Assembly (NCBI GenBank): GCA_011364965.1
Contig: RDOB01000002.1
Location: forward strand, 384,001 to 448,000
Direction of reading: 5' to 3'
Length of the DNA: 64,000 nucleotides
Source: Candidatus Heimdallarchaeota archaeon
Lineage (GTDB): Archaea > Asgardarchaeota > Heimdallarchaeia > Hodarchaeales > Hodarchaeaceae
Shown: positions 49,475-59,243 of the stretch, piece by piece
Layout: each line of letters opens with the position of its first letter
Numbering within the stretch: the first letter of the stretch is position 1
Translations under genes and position numbers: made by a program
Notes under the pieces: generated by a model
Databases searched by the model: none
Seen by the model: only the letters and a program-made list of their open reading frames with translations
What the model was told of the DNA's origin: nothing

Positions 49475-51313
49475 ATGGCAAAGAGCGAAAATTCCCAAAA
49501 GATAATACCCAAATCTTTCTGGCAATGGTTTATTGCGCATCTGACAGCTAATCCTCTCATTATAGTGGTGGTTGTCGTTGGTACAGCAGGAATAATCTTC
49601 TGTCGCTTATTGATTCCAATATTCTTAGGCCAAACGGTTGATATTGCAATCATTGATAAAAATAATTTACTAACTGATCCCCAACAACTTGCTCAGCTTA
49701 CGAATTATGTCAAGCTTATTTTTAGTTTAGCTATCCTTCAGTTTTTGATAAGTATTTTAACAACTCTAGCTAACGAACGATTGTCTTGGACAGCTCAACG
49801 TCGAATTCGCGAAGAATTTTTCGATTCAATGCAAAACAAACCTTTGAAATTCCACGATTCTGTGCGTACAGGAGAGTTAATGGCCCTCGCAACGAATGAT
49901 TTGGGCCAAGTAGGAGGATTAATTTCACCTGGATTTGGAATGATGGCGAATGTGTTTATTTCACTAATTTTTTCCTCTTATCTAATTTTAGAGGCATTAA
50001 ACGCTCCAGTCTTAATTCTTATATCAATTCCATTCTTGATTGTCTATCTTTGGGCAGTTTTTGCATATAATAAGAAAATGGCTCCTATTAGCGCGACTTT
50101 TATGCGGAAATGGTCCGCTATTGCTACAGCAGTTCAAGATAACATCACAGGGGCTGAAGTAGTAAGAGCGTTTGCAGAAGAAAGCTATGAACGAGAAAAA
50201 TTTATGAAATATGTGTTAGATTTTCGCGAAACTTGGTACACGCGACAAATAATCCAAGCTCGATATTTTCCTTCCCTAGTGCTTTTCGCAGCTATTGGTT
50301 TCTCAGTAGCTATTGGTTCACTTTTAATTGCAGCAGAAGAAATCACCATTGGTAATTTGATTGCATATAATGGATTACTTTTCACACTCCTTGGTCCAAC
50401 TTATGTTATTTCTTTTGCGGTCGCAATATTTAATGGTGGATTGGCAGGCGCAAAAAGAATTCATGCAATGGAAATTCGAGAAGAAAGAGAAGATTCAGAT
50501 GAGAAGGGTGATAAAATTGATGTTTCCAATATTCAAGGATTAATTACCTTTGAAAATGTCTCATTCAAATACCCCACAAGCAAGAAATGGATCTTAGAGG
50601 ATATTTCTTTCACAGCTGCCCCAGGGCAGACAATTGCAATTGTTGGACCAACTGGTAGCGGTAAATCATCTCTAACTAAACTATTATTACGCTTATACGA
50701 TTATGAGGGAACAATAAAGCTAGATGGTTTTGATATCAGAGATATTTCTCTTGAATCATTGCGTAAGTCAATTGGACGAATTGAACAAGATATTTACCTG
50801 TTCCCTCGCTCAGTTAAAGAAAATATAGCATTTGGCGCACGAAATGCTTCCCAAGAAAAGATTGAGAAAGCAGCCAAATTAGCACAGGCCCATGATTTTA
50901 TTATGAAAGATCTTCCAAAAAAGTATGAGTCAAACGTTGGCGAAGGAGGCAGTCGTCTTTCCGGAGGACAACGACAACGTATTGCGTTAGCAAGGACATT
51001 TTTAACTGACCCTCCAATCTTAATCTTGGATGATTCTACTTCTTCCGTTGATTCGAAAACGGAAGAAGAAATTGTAAAAGCGATTCGTGCAGTTAGTCAT
51101 GGAAGAACTACTTTTATCATCACTCATAGATTATCAACCATTCGATCAGCTGATTGCATTCTTGTCATTAAGGGCTCTAAAATTGTCGCTCGTGGACATC
51201 ATTCTAAATTAATCCATACTTCTCCAGATTTCAGAAGAATTTTTGGCAAAAATGTAGAATTACCACCATTACAAATAGAAAAGGATCCTATTCCTACTGG
51301 AGGTGGAAAATAA
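49475..51313 (+). CDS. ABC exporter, fused TMD-NBD, heterodimer subunit 1
   Basis: 6-TM domain; GPTGSGKS, LSGGQRQR, LDDSTSSVD (non-canonical DD). Confidence 0.93.
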   Translation: MAKSENSQKIIPKSFWQWFIAHLTANPLIIVVVVVGTAGIIFCRLLIPIFLGQTVDIAIIDKNNLLTDPQQLAQLTNYVKLIFSLAILQFLISILTTLANERLSWTAQRRIREEFFDSMQNKPLKFHDSVRTGELMALATNDLGQVGGLISPGFGMMANVFISLIFSSYLILEALNAPVLILISIPFLIVYLWAVFAYNKKMAPISATFMRKWSAIATAVQDNITGAEVVRAFAEESYEREKFMKYVLDFRETWYTRQIIQARYFPSLVLFAAIGFSVAIGSLLIAAEEITIGNLIAYNGLLFTLLGPTYVISFAVAIFNGGLAGAKRIHAMEIREEREDSDEKGDKIDVSNIQGLITFENVSFKYPTSKKWILEDISFTAAPGQTIAIVGPTGSGKSSLTKLLLRLYDYEGTIKLDGFDIRDISLESLRKSIGRIEQDIYLFPRSVKENIAFGARNASQEKIEKAAKLAQAHDFIMKDLPKKYESNVGEGGSRLSGGQRQRIALARTFLTDPPILILDDSTSSVDSKTEEEIVKAIRAVSHGRTTFIITHRLSTIRSADCILVIKGSKIVARGHHSKLIHTSPDFRRIFGKNVELPPLQIEKDPIPTGGGK

Positions 51314-53173
51314 ATGGGTTGGATTTTTGAAGGGATAGAAACTGAAGAAGAAGAACGAAAATATAGTGATAGAGAATTAATTGAACGTTCCATTAGACGA
51401 GTCGCACCGTATAAAAGTCCTATAATTATTTCTACGGTCACAATGATTGGTTTGACTTTCGTTGGGTTACTAGGTCCATTAATTTTTGCTAATCTTATTG
51501 ATACGCTTGAACGAACTCAAAATTATACTGATCTTATCTTAGGTACCATAGTAATTTCTGGCGCGACATATTTCATCCTCTCTGTCTTAAATTGGGTTGG
51601 AGATTATTTAATTAACATTCAATTTGCACGACTCGTGCCTGATTTCATGGTAACCCTTAGAGGGGACATTTTTGATGCTTTCCAAAAGCAAGATATGAAA
51701 TTCTTCGATAAGCATCGGAGTGGGCGCCTTAATTCTCGCGTTTCAAGTGATGCAGCTGATTATGGTGGAGCTGTCTCAATCGTCCTCACTGTTGTTGGAC
51801 AGTTTTTGATAATAATCTCTGTATTTCTTGTATTATTTTTAATCAATCCTCCCCTTGCACTCCTTACAGCATCAGTAGTTCCAATCTTATTACTAGCTAG
51901 TTTTCTATTTCGTCGTGTTGCTAGAAATACATCTATGGCTTTTAGGAAAGTACATGCCTCAGTTAATGCTGCTATGGCTGAATCTGTTAGTGGTATTCAA
52001 GTAAGTAAATCGTTTGGGGTGGAAGCTGAAAGTTTAAATGAGTTCAAAGAGATAAATATGGAGCATTATAAGGCAGGATTTAAGAGAAACATATCAATGA
52101 ATATGTTTTTTCCCTTTGTTAGTGCATTATCTGCATTTGCTACAGTTACAATCCTCCTAGTTGGTGGAGGTGCCGCTATACAAAATCTTGGGTTTATATC
52201 TACAGGTACATTATATATTTTCCTTTCCTATCTAGACAGATTTTTCTTCCCAGTCACTCAATTGGTAAATTTCTATGCCCAAATACAAGCGGGTTTTGCT
52301 GCATATGAACGTATATTACAAGTGATTGATACGGAACCAGAAGTACAGGATTCAGGTGTTTTAGAAGTAGACGAGATTAAAGGAAAAATTGAATTTCAGA
52401 ATATTAATTTTGAATATGAGGAAAATAACCCAGTTCTGAGAAATTTTTCATTAACAATCAATCCTGGAGAGAGACTAGCTATAGTAGGGCATACTGGAGC
52501 TGGAAAAACATCGATTATTTCTATATTGACTCGTTTCTATGAATTTCAAGGTGGCAAAATCTTAGTTGATGGTATTAACGTCAGAGACATCAAAATGAAG
52601 TCATATAGGAAACATCTAGGCATTGTTCTGCAAACCCCTTTCCTTTTCAGTGGAACAATCGAGGAAAACATCACTTACGGACGGAAGGACGCGAGTAAAG
52701 AAGATTTTACTCGGGCACTTGAAATCTCCCGAGTTGATGAAATCTTAGAATATCTTAAAGATGGATTAAAGACTGAAGTAGGAGAGGGAGGATCTTCATT
52801 GAGCACGGGGCAACGTCAATTAGTAAGCTTTGCTCGTGCGCTATTAGCTGACCCTAAGATTCTCATTCTGGATGAAGCAACTTCTTCAGTAGATGCATAC
52901 ACTGAATCTATTATACAGGAATCTTTGGAAGAATTGATGAAAGGTCGAACTTCTATTATCATCGCTCATAGGTTATCGACCGTTAAAAATGCGGATCGAA
53001 TTATAGTGTTAGAAAAAGGAAAGATAATCGAAGAAGGTACTCATGATGCTCTACTTACAAAAGGAGAGGTATATGCCAATCTCTACAACACTTACTTCAA
53101 GCATCAGGAAGTAACTTGGGAACCAGAGAGCTCTATGCCTGAGTTAGCATTGGGAATTACCCCCCCACCTTAA
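51314..53173 (+). CDS. ABC exporter, fused TMD-NBD, heterodimer subunit 2
   Basis: GHTGAGKT, degenerate signature LSTGQRQL, LDEATSSVD; TM287/288-type asymmetry; TAAATG coupling to subunit 1. Confidence 0.93.
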   Translation: MGWIFEGIETEEEERKYSDRELIERSIRRVAPYKSPIIISTVTMIGLTFVGLLGPLIFANLIDTLERTQNYTDLILGTIVISGATYFILSVLNWVGDYLINIQFARLVPDFMVTLRGDIFDAFQKQDMKFFDKHRSGRLNSRVSSDAADYGGAVSIVLTVVGQFLIIISVFLVLFLINPPLALLTASVVPILLLASFLFRRVARNTSMAFRKVHASVNAAMAESVSGIQVSKSFGVEAESLNEFKEINMEHYKAGFKRNISMNMFFPFVSALSAFATVTILLVGGGAAIQNLGFISTGTLYIFLSYLDRFFFPVTQLVNFYAQIQAGFAAYERILQVIDTEPEVQDSGVLEVDEIKGKIEFQNINFEYEENNPVLRNFSLTINPGERLAIVGHTGAGKTSIISILTRFYEFQGGKILVDGINVRDIKMKSYRKHLGIVLQTPFLFSGTIEENITYGRKDASKEDFTRALEISRVDEILEYLKDGLKTEVGEGGSSLSTGQRQLVSFARALLADPKILILDEATSSVDAYTESIIQESLEELMKGRTSIIIAHRLSTVKNADRIIVLEKGKIIEEGTHDALLTKGEVYANLYNTYFKHQEVTWEPESSMPELALGITPPP

Positions 53174-53505
53174 ACAAAGGAAGAAAAATATTTATTCCAC
53201 GGGTACCAATTTTTCTTCTTTTTTCGGTCTATTTTTTTCAAGTATTTGGAGTTCACTCTGAATTTCTTGATATTTCTCTGCGCTAAATTTTCTCCTCTAA
53301 ATTCAACAAGTGTGTCTGCATGAGTTGTAAGTTTCGTTGCTAAGAAAAATCCGATTGTATTATTATCATCATTTTGAATATTATGAATGTGAGTGTTTCT
53401 TAAATAAATTGTATTTTCTACGTTGAAAGTCACATTTATTAGTGTTAATGCAATACTAGGGGAACTCGGAGAAGGTGGTTGATAGATTGTTGATTTCATA
53501 ATCAT
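53170..53505 (-). CDS. Hypothetical protein (uncertain)
   Basis: 111-aa ORF filling an otherwise empty gap; no recognisable motif. Confidence 0.35.
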   Translation of the reverse strand: MIMKSTIYQPPSPSSPSIALTLINVTFNVENTIYLRNTHIHNIQNDDNNTIGFFLATKLTTHADTLVEFRGENLAQRNIKKFRVNSKYLKKIDRKKKKNWYPWNKYFSSFV

Positions 53506-53796
53506 TTTATATGGAACTCTCAGAAGAAAACCGCTGATCAGTAATAAAATAATCTAAATCCCCCTAACAACCATTTATATTGCTACATTTCTAAATCTCT
53601 TTACTATAATGATCGCATTAACAATAAAATCCCAGTCTCGGTTTAAGCACCTATCTTTATTTAAAACCATTAAATTCCAGAATAAAAATTTAACATCAAA
53701 TAAACTCTTTAAATTCTTAATATTGCAATTGTTTAGCGATATTAGGGGAATTTAATTTCTTTTTGAACTTCAATCACTTAGTAAAAAGGGTTAATC

Positions 53797-54834
53797 TTGG
53801 AAAAATTTAAAAAAATGGACTCAATTGATGAAAAACTATATAATTGCCTTACTATTCCTGGAATGTCTGGACATGAAGGTCCAATTCGGAAATTTATACA
53901 AGAAGAATTATCAAACTATGGGGAGATTTATTTTGATAATCTAGGTTCAGTAATATGTAAAATATCAGGAACGAGGCCAACACGAATTAAATGGTATATA
54001 AGTGCTCATTTAGATACTTGTGGATTTATTGTTCATTCTATTCACAAAACTGGATATATAAACTGTATTTCATTTGGTTATAATAATCACGAAGTGTGTA
54101 ACGATCAACCTGTAAAAATTATTACTTCAAATGGTTCCGTTAATGGAATCATGAGAACTTCATTAGATAGGAATAAAAGAAAGATTTTCCAAATCGACAT
54201 TAATGCGAAAAAACCCGAAATTGTTAAAAAATTTGGAATTCTAGGGGGAGATCCTGTTCATTTTGCCAATGAACCATATTGGATTGGTAGTTCAGAGGAT
54301 GAAGTCATTTGTTCACCTCGATTAGATAATCGATTAGGCCTGTATGAGTTAATCTTATTAGCCCAAACTTTTCAGCATCGTCCTCCGGAGGATGACATCT
54401 TCTTAGTAGGAACTGTTGAAGAAGAAGTTGGGGGAAGAGGAGCACAAACTTCTGCGACAATGATCCAACCAGATATTGCATTGATATTAGATGCAACATA
54501 TGAAGAGGGTCCTGTTTCTATTAATAATGGCCCAGTAATCACCTTATCCGATGCTGCTGGCATTCTTCCAATAAAAATTCGAGATTATCTCCTAGATTTA
54601 GCTAAAAGAAATACAATCCCTATACAAACAGAGGTTTGGAATATTGGTCAAACTGATGCAGGAAGAGTTCGTATTGCAAATACTGGTATACCCACAATTC
54701 CGATTCTCACTGCTACTAAAAATAATCATTCTCCAAAAGAGATTGGATCAATCAAAGATTGTCGAGCTGTAGTACAATATATTGAACTTCTTGTTTCTAC
54801 AGGATCAGCATTACTAAATTTATTTCATCCATAA
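53797..54834 (+). CDS. M42 family aminopeptidase (TET/FrvX-like)
   Basis: SGHE, DNLGS, AHLD, LDNR, EEVG, LDAT, TDA, HSP metal ligands. Confidence 0.9.
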   Translation: MEKFKKMDSIDEKLYNCLTIPGMSGHEGPIRKFIQEELSNYGEIYFDNLGSVICKISGTRPTRIKWYISAHLDTCGFIVHSIHKTGYINCISFGYNNHEVCNDQPVKIITSNGSVNGIMRTSLDRNKRKIFQIDINAKKPEIVKKFGILGGDPVHFANEPYWIGSSEDEVICSPRLDNRLGLYELILLAQTFQHRPPEDDIFLVGTVEEEVGGRGAQTSATMIQPDIALILDATYEEGPVSINNGPVITLSDAAGILPIKIRDYLLDLAKRNTIPIQTEVWNIGQTDAGRVRIANTGIPTIPILTATKNNHSPKEIGSIKDCRAVVQYIELLVSTGSALLNLFHP

Positions 54835-54837
54835 ATT

Positions 54838-55875
54838 TTGGTGATAATAATGAATCTTGAAGGAAAAACCGTACTATTTGCATGGAATGTTAACCAAAGA
54901 CTCAAATCCTATCTCGAAACAAAGTTGAGGGCTATCACAAATTTAAACTTAATTTTTCCTGATTCAATTGAGGATGAAGTACTCCTTGCAGTTGCTCCTT
55001 CAGTAGACATCATGGTTGGTTGGCGCGTAAAAGATGAAATAAAACTCGCTGCAAAGAAAATGAGGCTTTTTATTAATCCTGGGGTGGGTATTAAACATCA
55101 TATTGAATTCTTTAAGAAATTGAACGAAGAAAAAAGAGTATTATTAATTAATGGGCATGGAAATGCTTATTTTACAGCTCAACACACCGTGGCTTTGCTT
55201 CTCAGTTTTATGAACAAAATTATCCCTCATCATATCTGGATGACAGAAGGTAAATGGCGAATGGGGGATAATGAGGCTGTTTCAATTCCTCTGCGCTATC
55301 GAAAGATTGGTTTGTTAGGTTATGGGCATATAAATCAGCTAGTACATCAATTCCTCCAAGGTTTCAACGTTGAATTTGCAATTCTACGAAATGATTGGTC
55401 TAAACCGCCAATGGATTTTCCAACTCCTATTCAAAGATTCAATTCTTCGGAGTTGAATGAATTTTTGGATTGGAGTGATATTTTAATCATAGCTGTCCCT
55501 GAAACCACCTCAACTATCGGAATGATAGGAGCAAATGAAATTATGCGGTTAGGTGAAGATGGGATCCTAATCAATGTAAGTAGAGGTTCTATTGTTCAAG
55601 AAGCAGATCTGTTTACTGCATTAGAAAAAAGGATTATTGCTGGCGCAGGGATTGATGTTTGGTATAATTATTCACCAGAAGCTAATAATAACAAAAAAAA
55701 ATATCCATTTAGTTATCCATTTTATGAATTGGATAATATTGTCTTGTCTCCACACCGAGCTGCTTCACCTTTTAGTGATCTTGAACGTTGGGATGAAGTT
55801 ATAGAGAATATAAAACGATTTTGTCGTGGAGAAACTGAATTCCTCAATGTAGTTGATTTAGACCAAGAGTATTAA
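54838..55875 (+). CDS. D-isomer-specific 2-hydroxyacid dehydrogenase
   Basis: GLLGYGHI, INVSRG, AGIDVW, SPHRA. Confidence 0.88.
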   Translation: MVIIMNLEGKTVLFAWNVNQRLKSYLETKLRAITNLNLIFPDSIEDEVLLAVAPSVDIMVGWRVKDEIKLAAKKMRLFINPGVGIKHHIEFFKKLNEEKRVLLINGHGNAYFTAQHTVALLLSFMNKIIPHHIWMTEGKWRMGDNEAVSIPLRYRKIGLLGYGHINQLVHQFLQGFNVEFAILRNDWSKPPMDFPTPIQRFNSSELNEFLDWSDILIIAVPETTSTIGMIGANEIMRLGEDGILINVSRGSIVQEADLFTALEKRIIAGAGIDVWYNYSPEANNNKKKYPFSYPFYELDNIVLSPHRAASPFSDLERWDEVIENIKRFCRGETEFLNVVDLDQEY

Positions 55876-55907
55876 ATTTTTTTAGTGGTTAAATCTAGGA
55901 ATTTTTT

Positions 55908-56336
55908 CTATTCTTTTATGAAATATCTCCCAAACCATATTAAAGCGAAAGTTCCACCAAGTAAACTTGCAAGATTAACTATTATACTTAAAGGGTCGTG
56001 TTGATAAACTCCATTTTGGATGTTGAATGTAGCATCGATTAATCCTAGGAATATTAATGCTCCCCCTGCTGCAGCTGCAAAGAACAATCCATATGATCGA
56101 TTCTTTAAAATTCCAAAAGCTGAAATTAATAATAGAATCACAATCCAAAAGTCTGCAATTGGAAAAGATGATTCGAAAATCATGTAAAATGAATAAAATT
56201 CGTCCGTTGGAGCATAAGATTTGAGAATCCCTGCAAACCAACCAATCCAAAATCCAATTAGGACAATTGCACCAATTATTTCAACATATGCTAAGTAATG
56301 ATCCTTATTAGAATATTCAATTTTCATTCTATTCAT
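55908..56336 (-). CDS. Hypothetical 4-TM membrane protein
   Basis: Four hydrophobic helices with embedded acidic residues (FESSFPIAD, LIDA); last gene of the SCP2-SDR operon. Confidence 0.7.
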   Translation of the reverse strand: MNRMKIEYSNKDHYLAYVEIIGAIVLIGFWIGWFAGILKSYAPTDEFYSFYMIFESSFPIADFWIVILLLISAFGILKNRSYGLFFAAAAGGALIFLGLIDATFNIQNGVYQHDPLSIIVNLASLLGGTFALIWFGRYFIKE

Positions 56337-56351
56337 ATCCTCTCTTATTTT

Positions 56352-57338
56352 CTAGTACCCATAAAACATTGCGATAATTTTAATTGATAACGTTTCCGAA
56401 AGAAGTCTTTTCATAGCTATAATACCATAAATCTGTAATTTTGAGCCTATTTTGTAATGTACTTTAGGATTTTTTGTTTTTAGGATTTTTTCCAGCTTTT
56501 TCGATACAATGAACGGAGGAGGGCTAATTATAAGATTTTCGATAATCGAATTCCAAGCAATCTGGGCATAATCATGGTAAGGACTTTCTTCCGCTACTGG
56601 AAAGGCCTCCTTCATTTCTTTTATGTCATCTGAATTATAATTAAGAGTAGTATGGTGAAGTGCAACTGTTTTAGCGTCGAATGTGGTATTAATATCTCCA
56701 GGACATAACACTGATATTTTGATGTTAAAAGGTTTTAATTCTATATATAAACTCTCTGTCCATCTGAGTATAGCTGCTTTACTTGCTGAATATATTGATT
56801 GAAAAGGAATAGCAACTATTCCTCCTAGTGAAGACGTATTAATAATTCTTCCGCTTTTTCTTTCACGCATGTAAGGAAGCAAAGCTTGTACTACTCTCAT
56901 TTGACCAAAAAAATTCACTTCAAACGAGTGACTGATCTGCTCATAACTCATTTCTTCTACAGGGCCGAAATATCCAATTCCTGCATTATTAACGAGTACA
57001 TGAATCCTCTCGGGATCAAATTCTGAAAAAGCAATCTTGATTGACTGTTCACTGGATACATCCATCGAAATAAATTCAATAGACTCTAAATATACATCAA
57101 GTTTTCTAAGAATAGATTTTGGGAGAAGAATCTTTCCTGCACTTAATTGAGTTTTATTTTTGTCCAAGTATTTAAACTGAGTATGATCGCGTATATATAT
57201 TTCTTTTAACTGCTCGAGATCGAGTTTATTTGCGTTCCGTGAAGTTCCAATCACTTTATTACCTTTCGAAGTCAGGTAAAGCGCATGAGAAAGCCCTAGT
57301 CCTGCGCTTGCCCCTGTAACAAGAATATCATCTGACAC
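56352..57338 (-). CDS. SDR oxidoreductase with an insertion of about 40 aa in the Rossmann fold
   Basis: TGASAGLG, NNAG, YSASK, CPG; long insertion between GTSR and MDVS. Confidence 0.88.
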   Translation of the reverse strand: MSDDILVTGASAGLGLSHALYLTSKGNKVIGTSRNANKLDLEQLKEIYIRDHTQFKYLDKNKTQLSAGKILLPKSILRKLDVYLESIEFISMDVSSEQSIKIAFSEFDPERIHVLVNNAGIGYFGPVEEMSYEQISHSFEVNFFGQMRVVQALLPYMRERKSGRIINTSSLGGIVAIPFQSIYSASKAAILRWTESLYIELKPFNIKISVLCPGDINTTFDAKTVALHHTTLNYNSDDIKEMKEAFPVAEESPYHDYAQIAWNSIIENLIISPPPFIVSKKLEKILKTKNPKVHYKIGSKLQIYGIIAMKRLLSETLSIKIIAMFYGY

Positions 57339-57343
57339 TTATG

Positions 57344-58225
57344 TCACTCCTTCTTCTTGAAATCCTCTAGGTTATATCTTTTCCATGGTCGTGTAAAAGG
57401 TATGTCAGGAAGATTTTCCTCATGAGTCATTTCACGTTCGAAGTAGTAGTTATATGAGGTTTCTCCAACTAGATGCATACCCCCTGTCACAGGGATTTCA
57501 GCTCCTGTAATCCACTCGGAAAGATCCGAAACGAGGAACAATACCGCTTTAGCTACATCCGAGGGATGTCCGATCCGACCCCGTGGAATTTGACGTAAAA
57601 TGGCCTGAGCTAGTTCAGGTAGTTCTAAAACTTCTTTCATCATTGGAGTATCAATAGCAGCTGGTCGAATTGTATTAACATTGATGCCATAGGGAGCTAA
57701 TTCCAAAGCAATAGCTCGAGTTAACCCAGAGATAGCTGCTTTACTTACAGCATAAGATGATAGTCCCGCAACTGGAATTTGATCATTTATACTTGAAATA
57801 TTTACAATTCTTCCTTTAATATTATATTCAACCATTTTTTTAGCAACTTCGAGGCACATTAGATGAGTTCCTTTGACATTGGTTTGGATTGTCCAATCCC
57901 ATTCCTCCTCTATTAATTCTAGATAGCTAGATAATCCACTAACACCAGCACAATTGACTAGAATGTCGATCCGTTGAAATTCATTATGAGTCTTAGAAAT
58001 AACATTCTCTACATCTAGATTATTAGAGATATCAGCTTGTATGAATAAAGCATCATTTCCCTCTTGCTGTAGTTTTTGAGCGAAAATTCTTCCTGACTCC
58101 TCCTCAAGATCCACAATTACATTTCTTATATTTAATTGAGAAAATAGTTTTACAACCGCTTTTCCAATGCCTGAAGCCCCTCCTGTTACAATTGCTACCT
58201 TATTTGAAAGATTAAAGAGATCCAT
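57344..58225 (-). CDS. Classical SDR oxidoreductase
   Basis: TGGASGIG, NCAG, NISS, YAVSK. Confidence 0.9.
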   Translation of the reverse strand: MDLFNLSNKVAIVTGGASGIGKAVVKLFSQLNIRNVIVDLEEESGRIFAQKLQQEGNDALFIQADISNNLDVENVISKTHNEFQRIDILVNCAGVSGLSSYLELIEEEWDWTIQTNVKGTHLMCLEVAKKMVEYNIKGRIVNISSINDQIPVAGLSSYAVSKAAISGLTRAIALELAPYGINVNTIRPAAIDTPMMKEVLELPELAQAILRQIPRGRIGHPSDVAKAVLFLVSDLSEWITGAEIPVTGGMHLVGETSYNYYFEREMTHEENLPDIPFTRPWKRYNLEDFKKKE

Positions 58226-58231
58226 GAATAA

Positions 58232-58666
58232 TCAATCCTGCATTGTCGAGTATTCTGCATAATCCCCATGAAATTCAACTGGTATACTAGCTAGAATTTG
58301 AATCCATTTGACCGTGCTATCTGAAGATCGAAGCAATTTCACTAAGCTTCCTTTTTTTAATTTAATCTTCCGCATTGTCAAAGCTTTGGTAGCTGAAAGC
58401 TCCTGACGTAAGATTCTGACCCATTGTCCGTATTTACCTGTAATTACAAATTCAGTGTCTCGTTCTCCTTCCCAAATCTCTTCAATAACTCCATTATTTT
58501 CTATGTATCCAATCCGAATATATTCTGTGACATCCTTATCTGGCTCAGGTTCCAAAATGAATGTGAAGGACTTTCTTCCCTCATTTTTAGCCATTTCCAA
58601 ATATTCACTATCTGCATTTGTGCGATTTTGAATCTCAAGTAAGTGTTCTTTGCTTCCTATTATCAT
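58232..58666 (-). CDS. SCP2 sterol/lipid-binding domain protein
   Basis: FVITGKYGQWVRILRQELSATKALTMRKIKLKKGSLVKL matches the SCP2 C-terminal pattern. Confidence 0.8.
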   Translation of the reverse strand: MIIGSKEHLLEIQNRTNADSEYLEMAKNEGRKSFTFILEPEPDKDVTEYIRIGYIENNGVIEEIWEGERDTEFVITGKYGQWVRILRQELSATKALTMRKIKLKKGSLVKLLRSSDSTVKWIQILASIPVEFHGDYAEYSTMQD

Positions 58667-58839
58667 AAGCTATACTCTCCAAGTGTGAAACCAATTTTCT
58701 AGGTTAAATTTTGGGAAGAATTTTAAGTGATTTGATCAAAAATTGTTCCCTTATTACTTCGGAATGACTATAAAGATGATTCAATTCTGTTCAAAATGCG
58801 TTGGTTACGATGAATAACGCGATCACTGAGATCTACGGC

Positions 58840-59109
58840 ATGAGTATTGATAATTTCTTAGTCAAAGAATCACTCGACCATGGTAATTACGTCTTGGGGT
58901 ATACTGCTTCATTACTTTATGTTATGAACGGATTAGCAATTGCTGTGCTAGTGAAGGATCCATTGTCAAGGAAAAAGCAAGAGCTTTTGAAAAAAAATTG
59001 CAATGTGGCTTCTATTCCATGTTTTTACGGAAAATTCGTCGAAGAATTAATAAACAATCATTCTACTATTCCTTCTGACATTGATGTCATAACAGTATTA
59101 TCGGAGTAA
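58840..59109 (+). CDS. Divergent L30e/L7Ae/S12e/Gadd45-family protein
   Basis: LVKESLDHGNYVLGY...GLAIAVLV...KQELLKKNCNVASIPCFY...EL...DVITVL aligns by eye along the whole L30e fold. ATG 58840 preferred over TTG 58801. Confidence 0.65.
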   Translation: MSIDNFLVKESLDHGNYVLGYTASLLYVMNGLAIAVLVKDPLSRKKQELLKKNCNVASIPCFYGKFVEELINNHSTIPSDIDVITVLSE

Positions 59110-59243
59110 AACTAGTTTGATATTAGAGATTTTACTAAATATGGTCCAAAACCTCTAATATTATAAATAGCATTAGAATTTAAACTGTTATCATTAGAAA
59201 TAAGTAAAGAGCTCGAAATCTCGTAGCTACTAAGAAGAAATTC

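Noticed and set aside
48365-49653. Minus-strand ORFs 48365..49012 (215 aa) and 49363..49653
   Set aside because: Antisense to the surface protein and the ABC exporter, with atypical composition.
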